The translations under genes were made by a program, and so were the position numbers. A DNA stretch of 52,588 nucleotides, taken from the NCBI GenBank assembly GCA_964646855.1, contig CAZYHQ010000004.1:1-52588 (forward strand), in the 5' to 3' direction. The first letter of the stretch is position 1; the number at the start of each line of letters is the position of its first letter. Origin of the DNA: an uncultured archaeon (GTDB lineage: Archaea; Aenigmatarchaeota; Aenigmatarchaeia; CG10238-14; SCSR01). Positions 28,406-37,044 of this stretch are shown piece by piece. A model generated the notes under the pieces. That model did not search any database. It was given only the letters and a program-made list of their open reading frames with translations, and was not told the DNA's origin.

Positions 28406-29191
28406 TTCGCTGACTATTTCGTCTCGCCAACTTTTGGCTTCAATCATTTTTGCAGTGTAATCTTTGTCTTCGTAAATGTGCGAAGCCAAAACAGTGGCGG
28501 AATTCCTCCAAGTATATGGGAAAACTTTTTTCATTTGTTCTTTTAGTGTTTCATTTTTATTTGGCCACTGTTTTACTCCTAATCCCATAGTACCAATAAG
28601 TTTGTCGGGAAATCTCTTCCTAAGTTGTATCAAGCTGTCAGTTTCAAAAGCCGGGTACATGAAACCGTCAAGATTGAAATAATCAATCTCTTCAATGAAA
28701 AAATCTGTAAAGGTCTTGCAGCTTTTAGAGCTCTCAATAAGACCATCATAACCGAGTCCTTTCAGTTCATACTCAACATGTCGCCTACTTAGATGATGGT
28801 CGAACATCAGGCCCGATGTTTTATGCGTCATTTTTGGAAGACCTAAAATTTTTACTCCATGTTTTCTTCCTGCATCAACAGCTTCTTCAATTGGCAACGG
28901 TCCTGTAAAAAGTTGAATAATAACATAGTCTGCTCCTTTTTCAGCGAGTTTTCCTACTCGTTTACCTGTTGTACCAACATAGCCCTTATCAGACTGAACT
29001 GCATTATGAGCTAACTTTCCGTCTGCAATTATTGGAAGACCTGTTTCTTTCTTTATCCTGGGAATGTAGCTGTCATCAATTTCTACTTTTATTCCGTCCA
29101 TCAATCCTACTGCGCTGCGGCAAATTTTAAACGCCCTTCTTTCACTCGTTTCGTCTATACCCAGAACTAAAGCATAATTAGGCAAGTCCAT
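28361..29191 (-). CDS. Divergent OMP decarboxylase/HUMPS-like TIM-barrel protein
   Basis: LVLGID, DGIKV, IIADGKLAH (DxKxxD variant), GADYVI, MTH; adjacent to pyrE. Confidence 0.65.
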   Translation of the reverse strand: MDLPNYALVLGIDETSERRAFKICRSAVGLMDGIKVEIDDSYIPRIKKETGLPIIADGKLAHNAVQSDKGYVGTTGKRVGKLAEKGADYVIIQLFTGPLPIEEAVDAGRKHGVKILGLPKMTHKTSGLMFDHHLSRRHVEYELKGLGYDGLIESSKSCKTFTDFFIEEIDYFNLDGFMYPAFETDSLIQLRKRFPDKLIGTMGLGVKQWPNKNETLKEQMKKVFPYTWRNSATVLASHIYEDKDYTAKMIEAKSWRDEIVSELNQMHNITFGQKRI

Positions 29192-29235
29192 TTTCTCTAA
29201 TTTATGTAAAAATTACAAAAGATTTATAGACGAAT

Positions 29236-29379
29236 ATGCAATGCCCAAAATGCAAAAAGCAAGCTCTAAAATTTATACCGTGGGTGGGTTGGATGTATGA
29301 ATGTACAAACTGTGGATACCGTGGCCCGATTGCGCTAGAAAAAAAGGAAATTAAGAAATCAAGGCTGCCTAAGATTTAG
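29236..29379 (+). CDS. 47-aa zinc-ribbon micro-protein
   Basis: MQCPKCKKQALKFIPWVGWMYECTNCGYRGPIALEKKEIKKSRLPKI*; CPxC...Y.CxxCGY.GP. Confidence 0.75.
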   Translation: MQCPKCKKQALKFIPWVGWMYECTNCGYRGPIALEKKEIKKSRLPKI

Positions 29380-29836
29380 AGGTTTTCCACATCCCAAGTT
29401 TGTTTTCTCTTGCAGATTTCTCTGCTGCAGAAAATTCTTTAGAAAACTTTTGGTTGGAGCCGTAAGAATAGAATGATGCATAACCTTCCTTTAACATTGC
29501 TAAGTTAACGAATGTGTCGCCAGAATATACGTACCGCAGCAATCTGCCATATTTGTCGGCATTTGCAGAATCCCTCTCCAAGGTTACTTCCTTATTCTCT
29601 ACAAGTTTCCTCAAAAAATTTTTTGATTCCAAGTAAAATGGCTTGCCTTCTTCAGGCGAATCTATGCCAATGAGACGAACTTTCTTGCCGCTTGCTAACT
29701 CTAACGTATCTCCGTCTATAACCTTTGTAACCAAAGTTGAAGACTTAGTTTCAGTTTTTTGTGTTGGATAATAGTTTGTAAATAAAAAAATTGCAATGAG
29801 CAAAATCATCAATAGCAGAAAAATTTTCCACTTCAT
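29369..29836 (-). CDS. Thermonuclease (SNase-like) with N-terminal signal/anchor
   Basis: V.KVIDGDT, VRLIGIDSPE, DKYGRLLRYV, N...LKEG.A, AE..A....LGMW. Confidence 0.95.
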   Translation of the reverse strand: MKWKIFLLLMILLIAIFLFTNYYPTQKTETKSSTLVTKVIDGDTLELASGKKVRLIGIDSPEEGKPFYLESKNFLRKLVENKEVTLERDSANADKYGRLLRYVYSGDTFVNLAMLKEGYASFYSYGSNQKFSKEFSAAEKSARENKLGMWKTSKS

Positions 29837-29869
29837 AATAAATTTCTGCTTGAAGACCGTTATTTTGAT

Positions 29870-29926
29870 TTAGCACCCAGAATAGTGGTAAAAACAAACG
29901 AAATTTACCACTCATGGTGGTAGTAA
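29870..29926. promoter_or_regulatory. Tandem 7-8-7 palindromic boxes upstream of thermonuclease
   Basis: TTAGCAC-N8-GTGGTAA (29870-29891) and TTACCAC-N8-GTAGTAA (29905-29926), 35-bp period as at 23041. Confidence 0.7.
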
Positions 29927-29934
29927 CTAGATTT

Positions 29935-31104
29935 TTATAACCTTTTCAGAAAACTAGTCAAAGTATTTTGATTACGCAAATCTCTCAGCAATAAGCTTTT
30001 TACTTTCCACTTGTTGCCGACTCTAACTCTTTCGCAAATTTTTTGTACCGCGGATTCGAGATTGTCGAATTTCTCGTAGGACTTATTGAAAGCTCCTCTG
30101 ACTGTTTCTCGCAACTGCCAGATGCCTACAGGAATGTCATATTCCGGAGAAATTTCTCTTACAATCAAAACCGCGGCCTGCCTTTTGATTTTTTCCAGAA
30201 ATTCCGCTACCGCCAGTCGCCCAGCATAAAAAGCGCCGTGTGTCCCAGTTGCATAACTTTCCCTGAGCCAATATCGTTCGTAATCTGCAGAAAGTGTCGG
30301 CACGCCAAAATCGTTTGTCCAAGACTCGATTAGTTCGTACTGGTAAGTTCCGGGTATAAGCAAGATCTCGTAATGGTTGCCAAGATACTCGTTGCTAAAA
30401 AGCATGAATTCGGAAATTTCTTGGTAGTCTTTTACCTTTTCTACAATAGATTTGCCCACCAAGTCGTCCACAGCAGTAATCGACCAGCGAGTGGGAACTA
30501 GTTTTCTCTGCAGCTTTGTGCCGAGCAATCCAGCAGAAAATATTTTTTGTATCCTGCTGACTTGCAGGCCGTGTCTATACAACTCGCTGACTGCGTTTTG
30601 CGCTTTCAAATCATTGTCAGAGGTTACGTAGTCGACCTTGCTTTCTACATGCGGATTTTCTGTAAGCCTTACGCTTTCAACAAGAGCTGGACTGCCTACC
30701 GGCTGTGCCCAAGAATCAAAGATCATTCTGAACTTCGGTTGCTTTCTCAACTCGACTTCTATGTCTGCGGGGTTTTTTGCCATTGCAACCTCTTGTGTGG
30801 TTTCTATCAGTTTTCCTTGTGGTTGCTTGACAGCGGAACGAAATCTGGAATAAATCATCTGTCCGCGAAAATTCAAAATCTGCGAGATGTTTGCCTGCTG
30901 TTTGTACCAAATTTCTGGTGAATCCAGAACCTCAGCATTTTCTTTGTGTTGTGGGGGTGAAAGGAGGCCGACAAAAACTCTCGGATAAAAAGCCCGACCG
31001 ACAAAAAGCGATGGTGGGCTGGTGCCAGTAAAATTTTTTGCGTTTTCTATGGTTTGTTTCCAGAATTTTACTTTGTCGATGTATTTGCTGTAATCAACTT
31101 TCAT
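29935..31104 (-). CDS. Nre-family archaeal DNA repair protein
   Basis: SPPS.FVG...YP.V..G.L.PP, RKLVPTRWSITAVDD, G.FYA.RLAV.E.L....RQA, P.G.WQ.RE.VR, C-terminal PIP box QNTLTSF. Confidence 0.92.
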   Translation of the reverse strand: MKVDYSKYIDKVKFWKQTIENAKNFTGTSPPSLFVGRAFYPRVFVGLLSPPQHKENAEVLDSPEIWYKQQANISQILNFRGQMIYSRFRSAVKQPQGKLIETTQEVAMAKNPADIEVELRKQPKFRMIFDSWAQPVGSPALVESVRLTENPHVESKVDYVTSDNDLKAQNAVSELYRHGLQVSRIQKIFSAGLLGTKLQRKLVPTRWSITAVDDLVGKSIVEKVKDYQEISEFMLFSNEYLGNHYEILLIPGTYQYELIESWTNDFGVPTLSADYERYWLRESYATGTHGAFYAGRLAVAEFLEKIKRQAAVLIVREISPEYDIPVGIWQLRETVRGAFNKSYEKFDNLESAVQKICERVRVGNKWKVKSLLLRDLRNQNTLTSFLKRL

Positions 31105-31144
31105 CAGAAATCAACAAAAGAAAATAGTCAATTAAAATATAAAA

Positions 31145-31378
31145 CTAACCTGCTGTGGGGCTCTTTTCAACTTTGACCCCTTCTTCAAAAACAGATTTAT
31201 CTTTGTGCCCATGTTCTTCAATGACTTGTGCAGTCGTTTCTTCCCCAAGTTTATTTGCACATTCTTTACAAATGGTGACGGCCTTTTTTGTGTCCTCGTC
31301 CCCCGCAGTAAAAACTACTGACTTGTTTTTGCAAATATCGCACTTGCCTTCGAAGGTAGCAGACAATTTTATTTTCAC
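31145..31378 (-). CDS. Small CxxC-CxxC zinc-binding protein
   Basis: CDIC...CKEC; start likely GTG 31378 rather than 31471. Confidence 0.7.
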   Translation of the reverse strand: MKIKLSATFEGKCDICKNKSVVFTAGDEDTKKAVTICKECANKLGEETTAQVIEEHGHKDKSVFEEGVKVEKSPTAG

Positions 31379-31662
31379 TATAATAATTTGTTTTTTACTT
31401 TTATAAACAAAATTTCCGAAAAAAGTTTCGTTCAGAAAAATTACGCAATGTTTATTACAAAGTTTAACCAAATAATATTATAAAAAATAAAGAGGTGAAG
31501 AGAAGTTGGCAAAGAAAAGAAGGAAACGACGATAAGTTTTCTTTGAATTTTTTAATTTTTTTTGAAAATATGGTTATTCTTTGACATTAAATTTTTAATT
31601 TGCTGGCATAAAATAAGTTTTCTCAATAATTCGAAACATGAATTAATAAAAATAAAATTTAT

Positions 31663-33459
31663 TTGAAAGAAAATCAAATATTGGATATAATCGATATGAA
31701 CAATAATTTCTCTAGTAACATAGACGAGATAGCAAGGTTCACGAAGAACGAAGAAATTAAAAAAACTGTGGAATCTGCTATTGATAAATACATTTTAAGA
31801 TGTCCAAACATAGATAATAATTTTTTGCGAGAGATCGTAGAAGAGCTTACTTGGGTAGCAGAATCTAAAAAAGATGCAAGAATGGTTTCCAAAGCTACTG
31901 AATGTTTTCTTTTGGACGAAGTAATGGACATGGCCACAAAATACAAGAATGGTGTCTCCTCAGAAGTTTTCTTGAACATAGTGTGGTGCATAGACCAATT
32001 CATCGATGTAAATCTGGCCAAAAAATACACATCATGGCTAAACAGCGATCTGGTTTCAAAACTATTGAATTTTGCTACTGAGTTTTCTGGAAATGAGAAC
32101 TTGAAAATGAAGAAAGACATATTTTCCATTCTAAATGTAGACGCAACAAAACTAGACAACTTCAGTGAATTTGCATCAAAAATAAGCAACAAAAGAATTA
32201 TCCTGCAGAAAAAGATAGAACTGCTTTCGATGCTGAGAGACATAGTAAACTACGACAAGAATGACTATGCAGAGATTCTCGTAAAGAAGGGGTTAGATGA
32301 ACTTATCAACAAAATAAAATCTGATTTGAACGACATAAAACTCCTCGACAACATTTTTTCTCTAAAGTGTGGAATAAAATTCGTTGAAGACTTAAAAAGC
32401 AACCCAAATATTTCGTTTCTTTATGAGAATTACAGGAAATACGGCAGTATCAGAAAATGGATGTTGGAAGACGAAACAACAAAGAATGTAATCAAAAAAA
32501 TAGAGGACGCTGGTATCGACTCTGGTTTGTATGTAGCTAGCGGGAAAAAAATTGCCGAAAGGAGAATAGAAGGGCATTTTTCTGACAATTGGACAAACGT
32601 CCTACGCACAATTGTGCTGAAAGTTGTTGGGAACAAAAAGAATGGCATACTGCCCAAAGTGAGCATTCCGAATCAGCCGCCAGGCGTACTGTTCAAAGTG
32701 ATAAAGAAGGATTATGCTCTCGCATTGAACGACAATAGGGAAGCAGCTAAAAGAATATTGAAAAGACTGAAAAATATAATGACAAAATCATATTTTGGTA
32801 GGGCTGTTCCAAAATCCGCGAAAAATCTTTTGGACGATGTGGAATGTTTGGAAAAGGTTTTGTTATACGGCGGAACTGTTTCGTTCAAAGGCGCAAAAGT
32901 CTATGCAAAGGTTTGGAAAAGAAAAATTCCGGAAGATCTATACGACAGTGAGAAATTGAGATGTTGCATATTCCTTCCGAGTGGTGAGTTCAAAGAAGAG
33001 ATACCTTTGTTCGTCATGGATCCGAAAACGACTCTTTTGCAGTTTTTTATCGAAGGCATAGATGAACCTGTTGCCGCAGCTTCTTTCTACGCTGGAATGT
33101 ATAATGGAAAACCGGCAATGTTGATGGATACTTGGGAAGCTGGTGGTGTGGTCTACGCTGCATTAGGTCACGATAAGATGAAAGACTTTGTTTTGGAAGG
33201 TATGAAAAAATTCACCAAGAAAGTTGGTGCAAAAAAACTTTTGATATTTGCAAAGGCGCCTTACGGCAGGCCAGCCGAATTTTGCAATTATCTTAGAGGG
33301 GATGGGTTGGAATCCAGAAATGCCATGTTCGAAGGTATCGACAGCGAAGATTCGGTGTTGGCGAAATACTCGCAAAACGAGAAGCATCACTACACCGATG
33401 CTTTTGAAAAGACAAAAATATTGTCGGGTGAGATAGATGCTTTTGTCATAGATGTGTGA
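31663..33459 (+). CDS. Large hypothetical protein
   Basis: 598-aa open frame; helical N-terminal half, alpha/beta C-terminal domain with RCCIF motif; no family recognised. Confidence 0.8.
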   Translation: MKENQILDIIDMNNNFSSNIDEIARFTKNEEIKKTVESAIDKYILRCPNIDNNFLREIVEELTWVAESKKDARMVSKATECFLLDEVMDMATKYKNGVSSEVFLNIVWCIDQFIDVNLAKKYTSWLNSDLVSKLLNFATEFSGNENLKMKKDIFSILNVDATKLDNFSEFASKISNKRIILQKKIELLSMLRDIVNYDKNDYAEILVKKGLDELINKIKSDLNDIKLLDNIFSLKCGIKFVEDLKSNPNISFLYENYRKYGSIRKWMLEDETTKNVIKKIEDAGIDSGLYVASGKKIAERRIEGHFSDNWTNVLRTIVLKVVGNKKNGILPKVSIPNQPPGVLFKVIKKDYALALNDNREAAKRILKRLKNIMTKSYFGRAVPKSAKNLLDDVECLEKVLLYGGTVSFKGAKVYAKVWKRKIPEDLYDSEKLRCCIFLPSGEFKEEIPLFVMDPKTTLLQFFIEGIDEPVAAASFYAGMYNGKPAMLMDTWEAGGVVYAALGHDKMKDFVLEGMKKFTKKVGAKKLLIFAKAPYGRPAEFCNYLRGDGLESRNAMFEGIDSEDSVLAKYSQNEKHHYTDAFEKTKILSGEIDAFVIDV

Positions 33460-33474
33460 CTTTTTAATGCAAGT

Positions 33475-33939
33475 TCAAAACCTGTCCAAAAACAAATGCA
33501 AGTTATAGCTCAGAAAAATGACGAGAAACCAGAAAATATTTTCTGTCTGATTTAGACTTAGGAAAAGATTTAGAATCAATAATATTCCAGCAGAAAAAAC
33601 GATTGAAAATTTTACTGTGTGTGCCACTCCCCTGTGTTTTGTCGGGATCAGCTTTACCAGTATGTATAAAATTACAAAATAAGCCAGAGAGTAGTACCAC
33701 GTGTCCCTAAAGAAGTAAGTGTAAACGATTGAAATGAAAAACGCAGCCAGTATCGCAACCAAATTTCTAATTTTGGATATTCTCAAATCGATGTCTGGAA
33801 ACAGTGTTGTGAATATGGTCACGACCATCATCAAAAAGATTTCCGCTAAGTTCAACTGAAATTTTATAGAGTAAAGAACTGCCAGCCAGAAAATCACAAG
33901 AAAGTTTCCAAAAATAAAATGTGTCTGCCAACTTTTCAC
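33475..33939 (-). CDS. Membrane metal-dependent hydrolase (YdjM-like)
   Basis: TH, FPDID, HRG..H, Y..HL.LD motifs. Confidence 0.85.
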   Translation of the reverse strand: MKSWQTHFIFGNFLVIFWLAVLYSIKFQLNLAEIFLMMVVTIFTTLFPDIDLRISKIRNLVAILAAFFISIVYTYFFRDTWYYSLAYFVILYILVKLIPTKHRGVAHTVKFSIVFSAGILLILNLFLSLNQTENIFWFLVIFLSYNLHLFLDRF

Positions 33940-33943
33940 TAAA

Positions 33944-34624
33944 TCACTGGAGAATTATTCTTGCATCGGCCGCAACTGCCTTGCTTGCAGAAACTATTAT
34001 CGGATTCATGTCAAGTTCTTTTATTGCTTCGTTCCTCTCGAGTAGTTTTGAAGTGCTGGAGATTATTTTTATGAGCGACTTAACATCATACTTCTTGCCC
34101 CGCAGACCAGAAAGTATTCTGTAAACTTTTGTCTCCTTGATCATTTCCGTTGCGTCCTTTTGAGTTACAGGAACTACGCGCATGGCAATGTCCTCGACAG
34201 CCTCGACCAAAATTCCGCCAAAGCCAAAAACCAAAACATTGCCGAATTGTGCATCTTTTTTGCTCCCTACCATCACCTCCACCCCGCTCTCCATTTTTTG
34301 CACAAGAACGCCGTCGATTTTATTAGTGTGCCTGCGAACGCTGGTTATAATTTTTTTGTAAGCCTTCTCGACTTCGCCGCTGCTATGTATGTTCAAAACA
34401 TAACCGCCAACCTCGGTTTTGTGGATTACTGCTGGAGAAGAAATTTTCAGCGCTACAGGGTAACCGATAGATTCGGCGTAAGCCAAAGCCTGCTGCACAT
34501 TTTTTGCAAGATATGACTCCACCAAAGGAATCCCGTGCTGGTGCAGGACTTTTCTTGATTCGAACTCTGTAAGGTTTTTTCTTCCGCTGGATTTTATATC
34601 AGCAAAAAAGTCTGAAAGATTCAT
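33944..34624 (-). CDS. Acetate/acyl-CoA ligase (ADP-forming) beta subunit, ATP-grasp
   Basis: L.E.E...L...GIP, GYPV.LKI.SP...HKTEVGG, GVLVQ.M, FG.GGI.VE, ELD.NP, DARI. Confidence 0.92.
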   Translation of the reverse strand: MNLSDFFADIKSSGRKNLTEFESRKVLHQHGIPLVESYLAKNVQQALAYAESIGYPVALKISSPAVIHKTEVGGYVLNIHSSGEVEKAYKKIITSVRRHTNKIDGVLVQKMESGVEVMVGSKKDAQFGNVLVFGFGGILVEAVEDIAMRVVPVTQKDATEMIKETKVYRILSGLRGKKYDVKSLIKIISSTSKLLERNEAIKELDMNPIIVSASKAVAADARIILQ

Positions 34625-34658
34625 ATTTAATTAATTTCGGAAAACAATAGATTAAGAT

Positions 34659-35240
34659 ATGGTTTTTGAATTTTTTTCTGCTTTAGCAGAACAGATCGTC
34701 TCTCTGGGCGCGCTGGGAATATTTCTCGGAATGTTTCTAGAATCGAGTGTTGTACCGATACCTTCCGAGGCTGTGTTGATAGGGGCGGGGGTGATAGGTT
34801 TTTCAATTTTTGACATCACTCTTTATGGCACTATTGGTTCTACTTTAGGAGCAATGTTTGGCTATGCAATTGGTCGGTATGGTGGTAGGCCTTTTCTAAA
34901 GAAATTTGGAAAATATTTCTTCATCACCGAAAAAAAGATGAAGGTTTTTGACAGCTGGTTTGGAAAATGGGGTGGTTATTCTGTTTTAATCAGCAGGCTG
35001 ATACCGCTAGTCCCGTACAAAGTTTTTTCAATCGGGGCTGGGTTAGCAAAAATGAAATTTGTTCCGTTCGTCGTGTTTACCTTTATCGGCACGATACCGA
35101 GGACTTTTGTCTTGGGCTACTTTGGCCAGCTGTTGTTTACAACCAGAAACATACTGTATATGGTTGTTCTTCTAGCTGTTTTTGTCTTTTTAGCCGTAGC
35201 TGTGTCCCACTTCATTTCAAAGAAGAGAAAGCGAAAGTAG
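34659..35240 (+). CDS. DedA-family membrane protein
   Basis: LES...PIPSE, GST.GA..GY..G..GGR, RLIP.V. Confidence 0.92.
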   Translation: MVFEFFSALAEQIVSLGALGIFLGMFLESSVVPIPSEAVLIGAGVIGFSIFDITLYGTIGSTLGAMFGYAIGRYGGRPFLKKFGKYFFITEKKMKVFDSWFGKWGGYSVLISRLIPLVPYKVFSIGAGLAKMKFVPFVVFTFIGTIPRTFVLGYFGQLLFTTRNILYMVVLLAVFVFLAVAVSHFISKKRKRK

Positions 35241-35350
35241 CCCCGCCCAGATTCGAACTGGGGTGTCCAGGTTTCTACTCTTCATCTTTTATCTGCGCTT
35301 TAGATTTAAGATCCAAAGCCTGACATCCTTGGCCGCTAGATGACGGGGCT
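35238..35350 (-). tRNA. tRNA-Gln(TTG) with about 40-nt anticodon-loop intron
   Basis: Acceptor AGCCCCG/CGGGGCT (A1-U72), anticodon TTG at 35316-35314, intron about 35273-35312, T-loop TTCGAAT. Confidence 0.9.
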
Positions 35351-35410
35351 ATGCTATAACTATGGCAAATACTCTATAAATTTTTGTCAAGAATTTATTC
35401 GGGTGTTGGC

Positions 35411-35574
35411 TTAGATTAACGTCAATTGCAGGAGTGGAAGGAGGTTTACTACCGGCACCAGTGTGTTGCCGATAACGAAGAACGTAAGGCTCATGTCGAA
35501 AACAAAGAATGCCAGCATCAGGAGTACTGCTATGATAAACGGTATCTTCATTCGTGCGTTGCCTTTGTCTTCCA
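35411..35574 (-). CDS. Small membrane protein
   Basis: MEDKGNARMKIPF... with one to two hydrophobic segments; GTGAT SD-like element upstream; start approximate. Confidence 0.5.
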
Positions 35575-35741
35575 TCGAAATCACAATTAACAAAACTTGG
35601 AAAGCAGTCTTTTTAAAGCTTTTCCCTGTATGTTAAATTCGCTTTTTTCGGCAATAAAAATGCCGCAGAAATACCCAAAAATGGGCAAAAAGTGTGAAAA
35701 ACTTAAATAGTCATAGCGACAAACTTTTGTAAAGCGATTGC

Positions 35742-36182
35742 ATGCCGATACTTGGATACAACATTTTGTCCGTCAACGCGGGCAGGAATTCGAAAAGCCC
35801 GGCAGCTGGCAAGATTGATGTCAGTTCCACTGCGAAAATCTCGTCTGTGGAGGACAGGACAATAAACTTTCCGGAAAAGCTTGAGGCGCTGGGCATAGGT
35901 TTCGAGTTCAATACGGAGTACAAACCGGATTTGGCGAACATAAAGCTCACCGGCGAGGTCGTTTTCGCGGACAAGGACCACAAAGGCATCATGAAGCACT
36001 GGAACAAGAACAAGGTTCTGCCGGATGACGTGGATCTTGAAATCAAAAACTTCCTTTTCAGAAGGTGCTTAACGCTGGAGCTGCAACTCTCGCAAGAACT
36101 GCAGTTGCCGCCCCCGCTCGTCTTCCCTGTTTTCTCGAAGAAGGAAAAATCCGAGGGCGAAAAAACAAAGTATATCGGCTGA
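35742..36182 (+). CDS. Conserved-looking archaeal hypothetical protein ending KYIG
   Basis: Beta-rich N-terminal half, F.F...Y.P....I.L.GE, W...K.LP, L.LPPP..FP; topology reminiscent of SecB-like proteins (low certainty). Confidence 0.8.
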   Translation: MPILGYNILSVNAGRNSKSPAAGKIDVSSTAKISSVEDRTINFPEKLEALGIGFEFNTEYKPDLANIKLTGEVVFADKDHKGIMKHWNKNKVLPDDVDLEIKNFLFRRCLTLELQLSQELQLPPPLVFPVFSKKEKSEGEKTKYIG

Positions 36183-36207
36183 AAAATTAAATTTTATTTT
36201 GATTTAG

Positions 36208-36684
36208 ATGGTTGTAGACATCTTGATTCAATATGGTCTTCTGGGTTTGCTTGGCAGCTCCTATCTGATGTCCGTGGTGTTTTTTCCCGGTTTCGTGGAG
36301 GGGCTCATACCGCTTTTCGTCGGCTTGGGGTTCAATCCAGTGCTGGTCTTCGCGCTTGCTTCCCTCGGCTCGATAGCAGGAGGGGCGACGAATTACTACC
36401 TTGGCTTTGTTGGCCACAAAATCGTTGGTAAGCTCGGTTTTACAGAGAAAAAATTCAAGGAGTCTGAAGGCTGGCTGAACAAATGGGGCATATACTCGAT
36501 TCTTGTTTTGAGTTTCGTTCCAGGGTTCCCGTTTGACCTTGTTGCAATCTTTGTCGGACTCCTGCACATGAATTTCAAAAGTTTTTTCCTGTGGATGACA
36601 TTGGGAAAACTCTTGAAGTACGGTATAGTTACTTTCGGGGTTGAAGCGTTTCTAAATCTGTCGCCGCTCTTCGGTGGTTTGTAG
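36208..36684 (+). CDS. YqaA/DedA (VTT-domain) membrane protein
   Basis: LGS..GG.TNYYLG, W..KWG, P.P.D......GLL.M.F..F......GK..KY. Confidence 0.85.
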   Translation: MVVDILIQYGLLGLLGSSYLMSVVFFPGFVEGLIPLFVGLGFNPVLVFALASLGSIAGGATNYYLGFVGHKIVGKLGFTEKKFKESEGWLNKWGIYSILVLSFVPGFPFDLVAIFVGLLHMNFKSFFLWMTLGKLLKYGIVTFGVEAFLNLSPLFGGL

Positions 36685-37025
36685 TGTACAAGCAAGCCAT
36701 AGTTGTGAGAAAGGATTTGAAATGGGGAAAGGGCAAGCTTGTTATACACGCCGTGCACGCAGCAGTAGGCAGCATGAGAAAAGTAGACGAGTTGACAATT
36801 GAAAAATGGGAAGCGGAAGGTGCAAAGAAAGTTTTGCTGAAGGTTCCGACTGAAAAAGAAATTAAAGAGTTGAAAAGGCGAGCAGATAAGGAAAAAATTC
36901 CAAATTTTTTAGTTACCGATGCAGGATTGACCCAACTGAAACGCGGGACGGTTACGGCGTTAGGTTTAGGACCTGACGTAGAAACAAAAATTAACAGGGT
37001 CACTGGAAAATTAAAATTGTTTTGA
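36684..37025 (+). CDS. pth2: Peptidyl-tRNA hydrolase Pth2
   Basis: KQ.IVVR.DL..GKGK....A.HA, W...G.KKV.LKV, DAG.TQL..GT.T.LG.GP, VTG.LKL. Confidence 0.95.
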   Translation: MYKQAIVVRKDLKWGKGKLVIHAVHAAVGSMRKVDELTIEKWEAEGAKKVLLKVPTEKEIKELKRRADKEKIPNFLVTDAGLTQLKRGTVTALGLGPDVETKINRVTGKLKLF

Positions 37026-37044
37026 TAAATTTTTTAATATTTTT

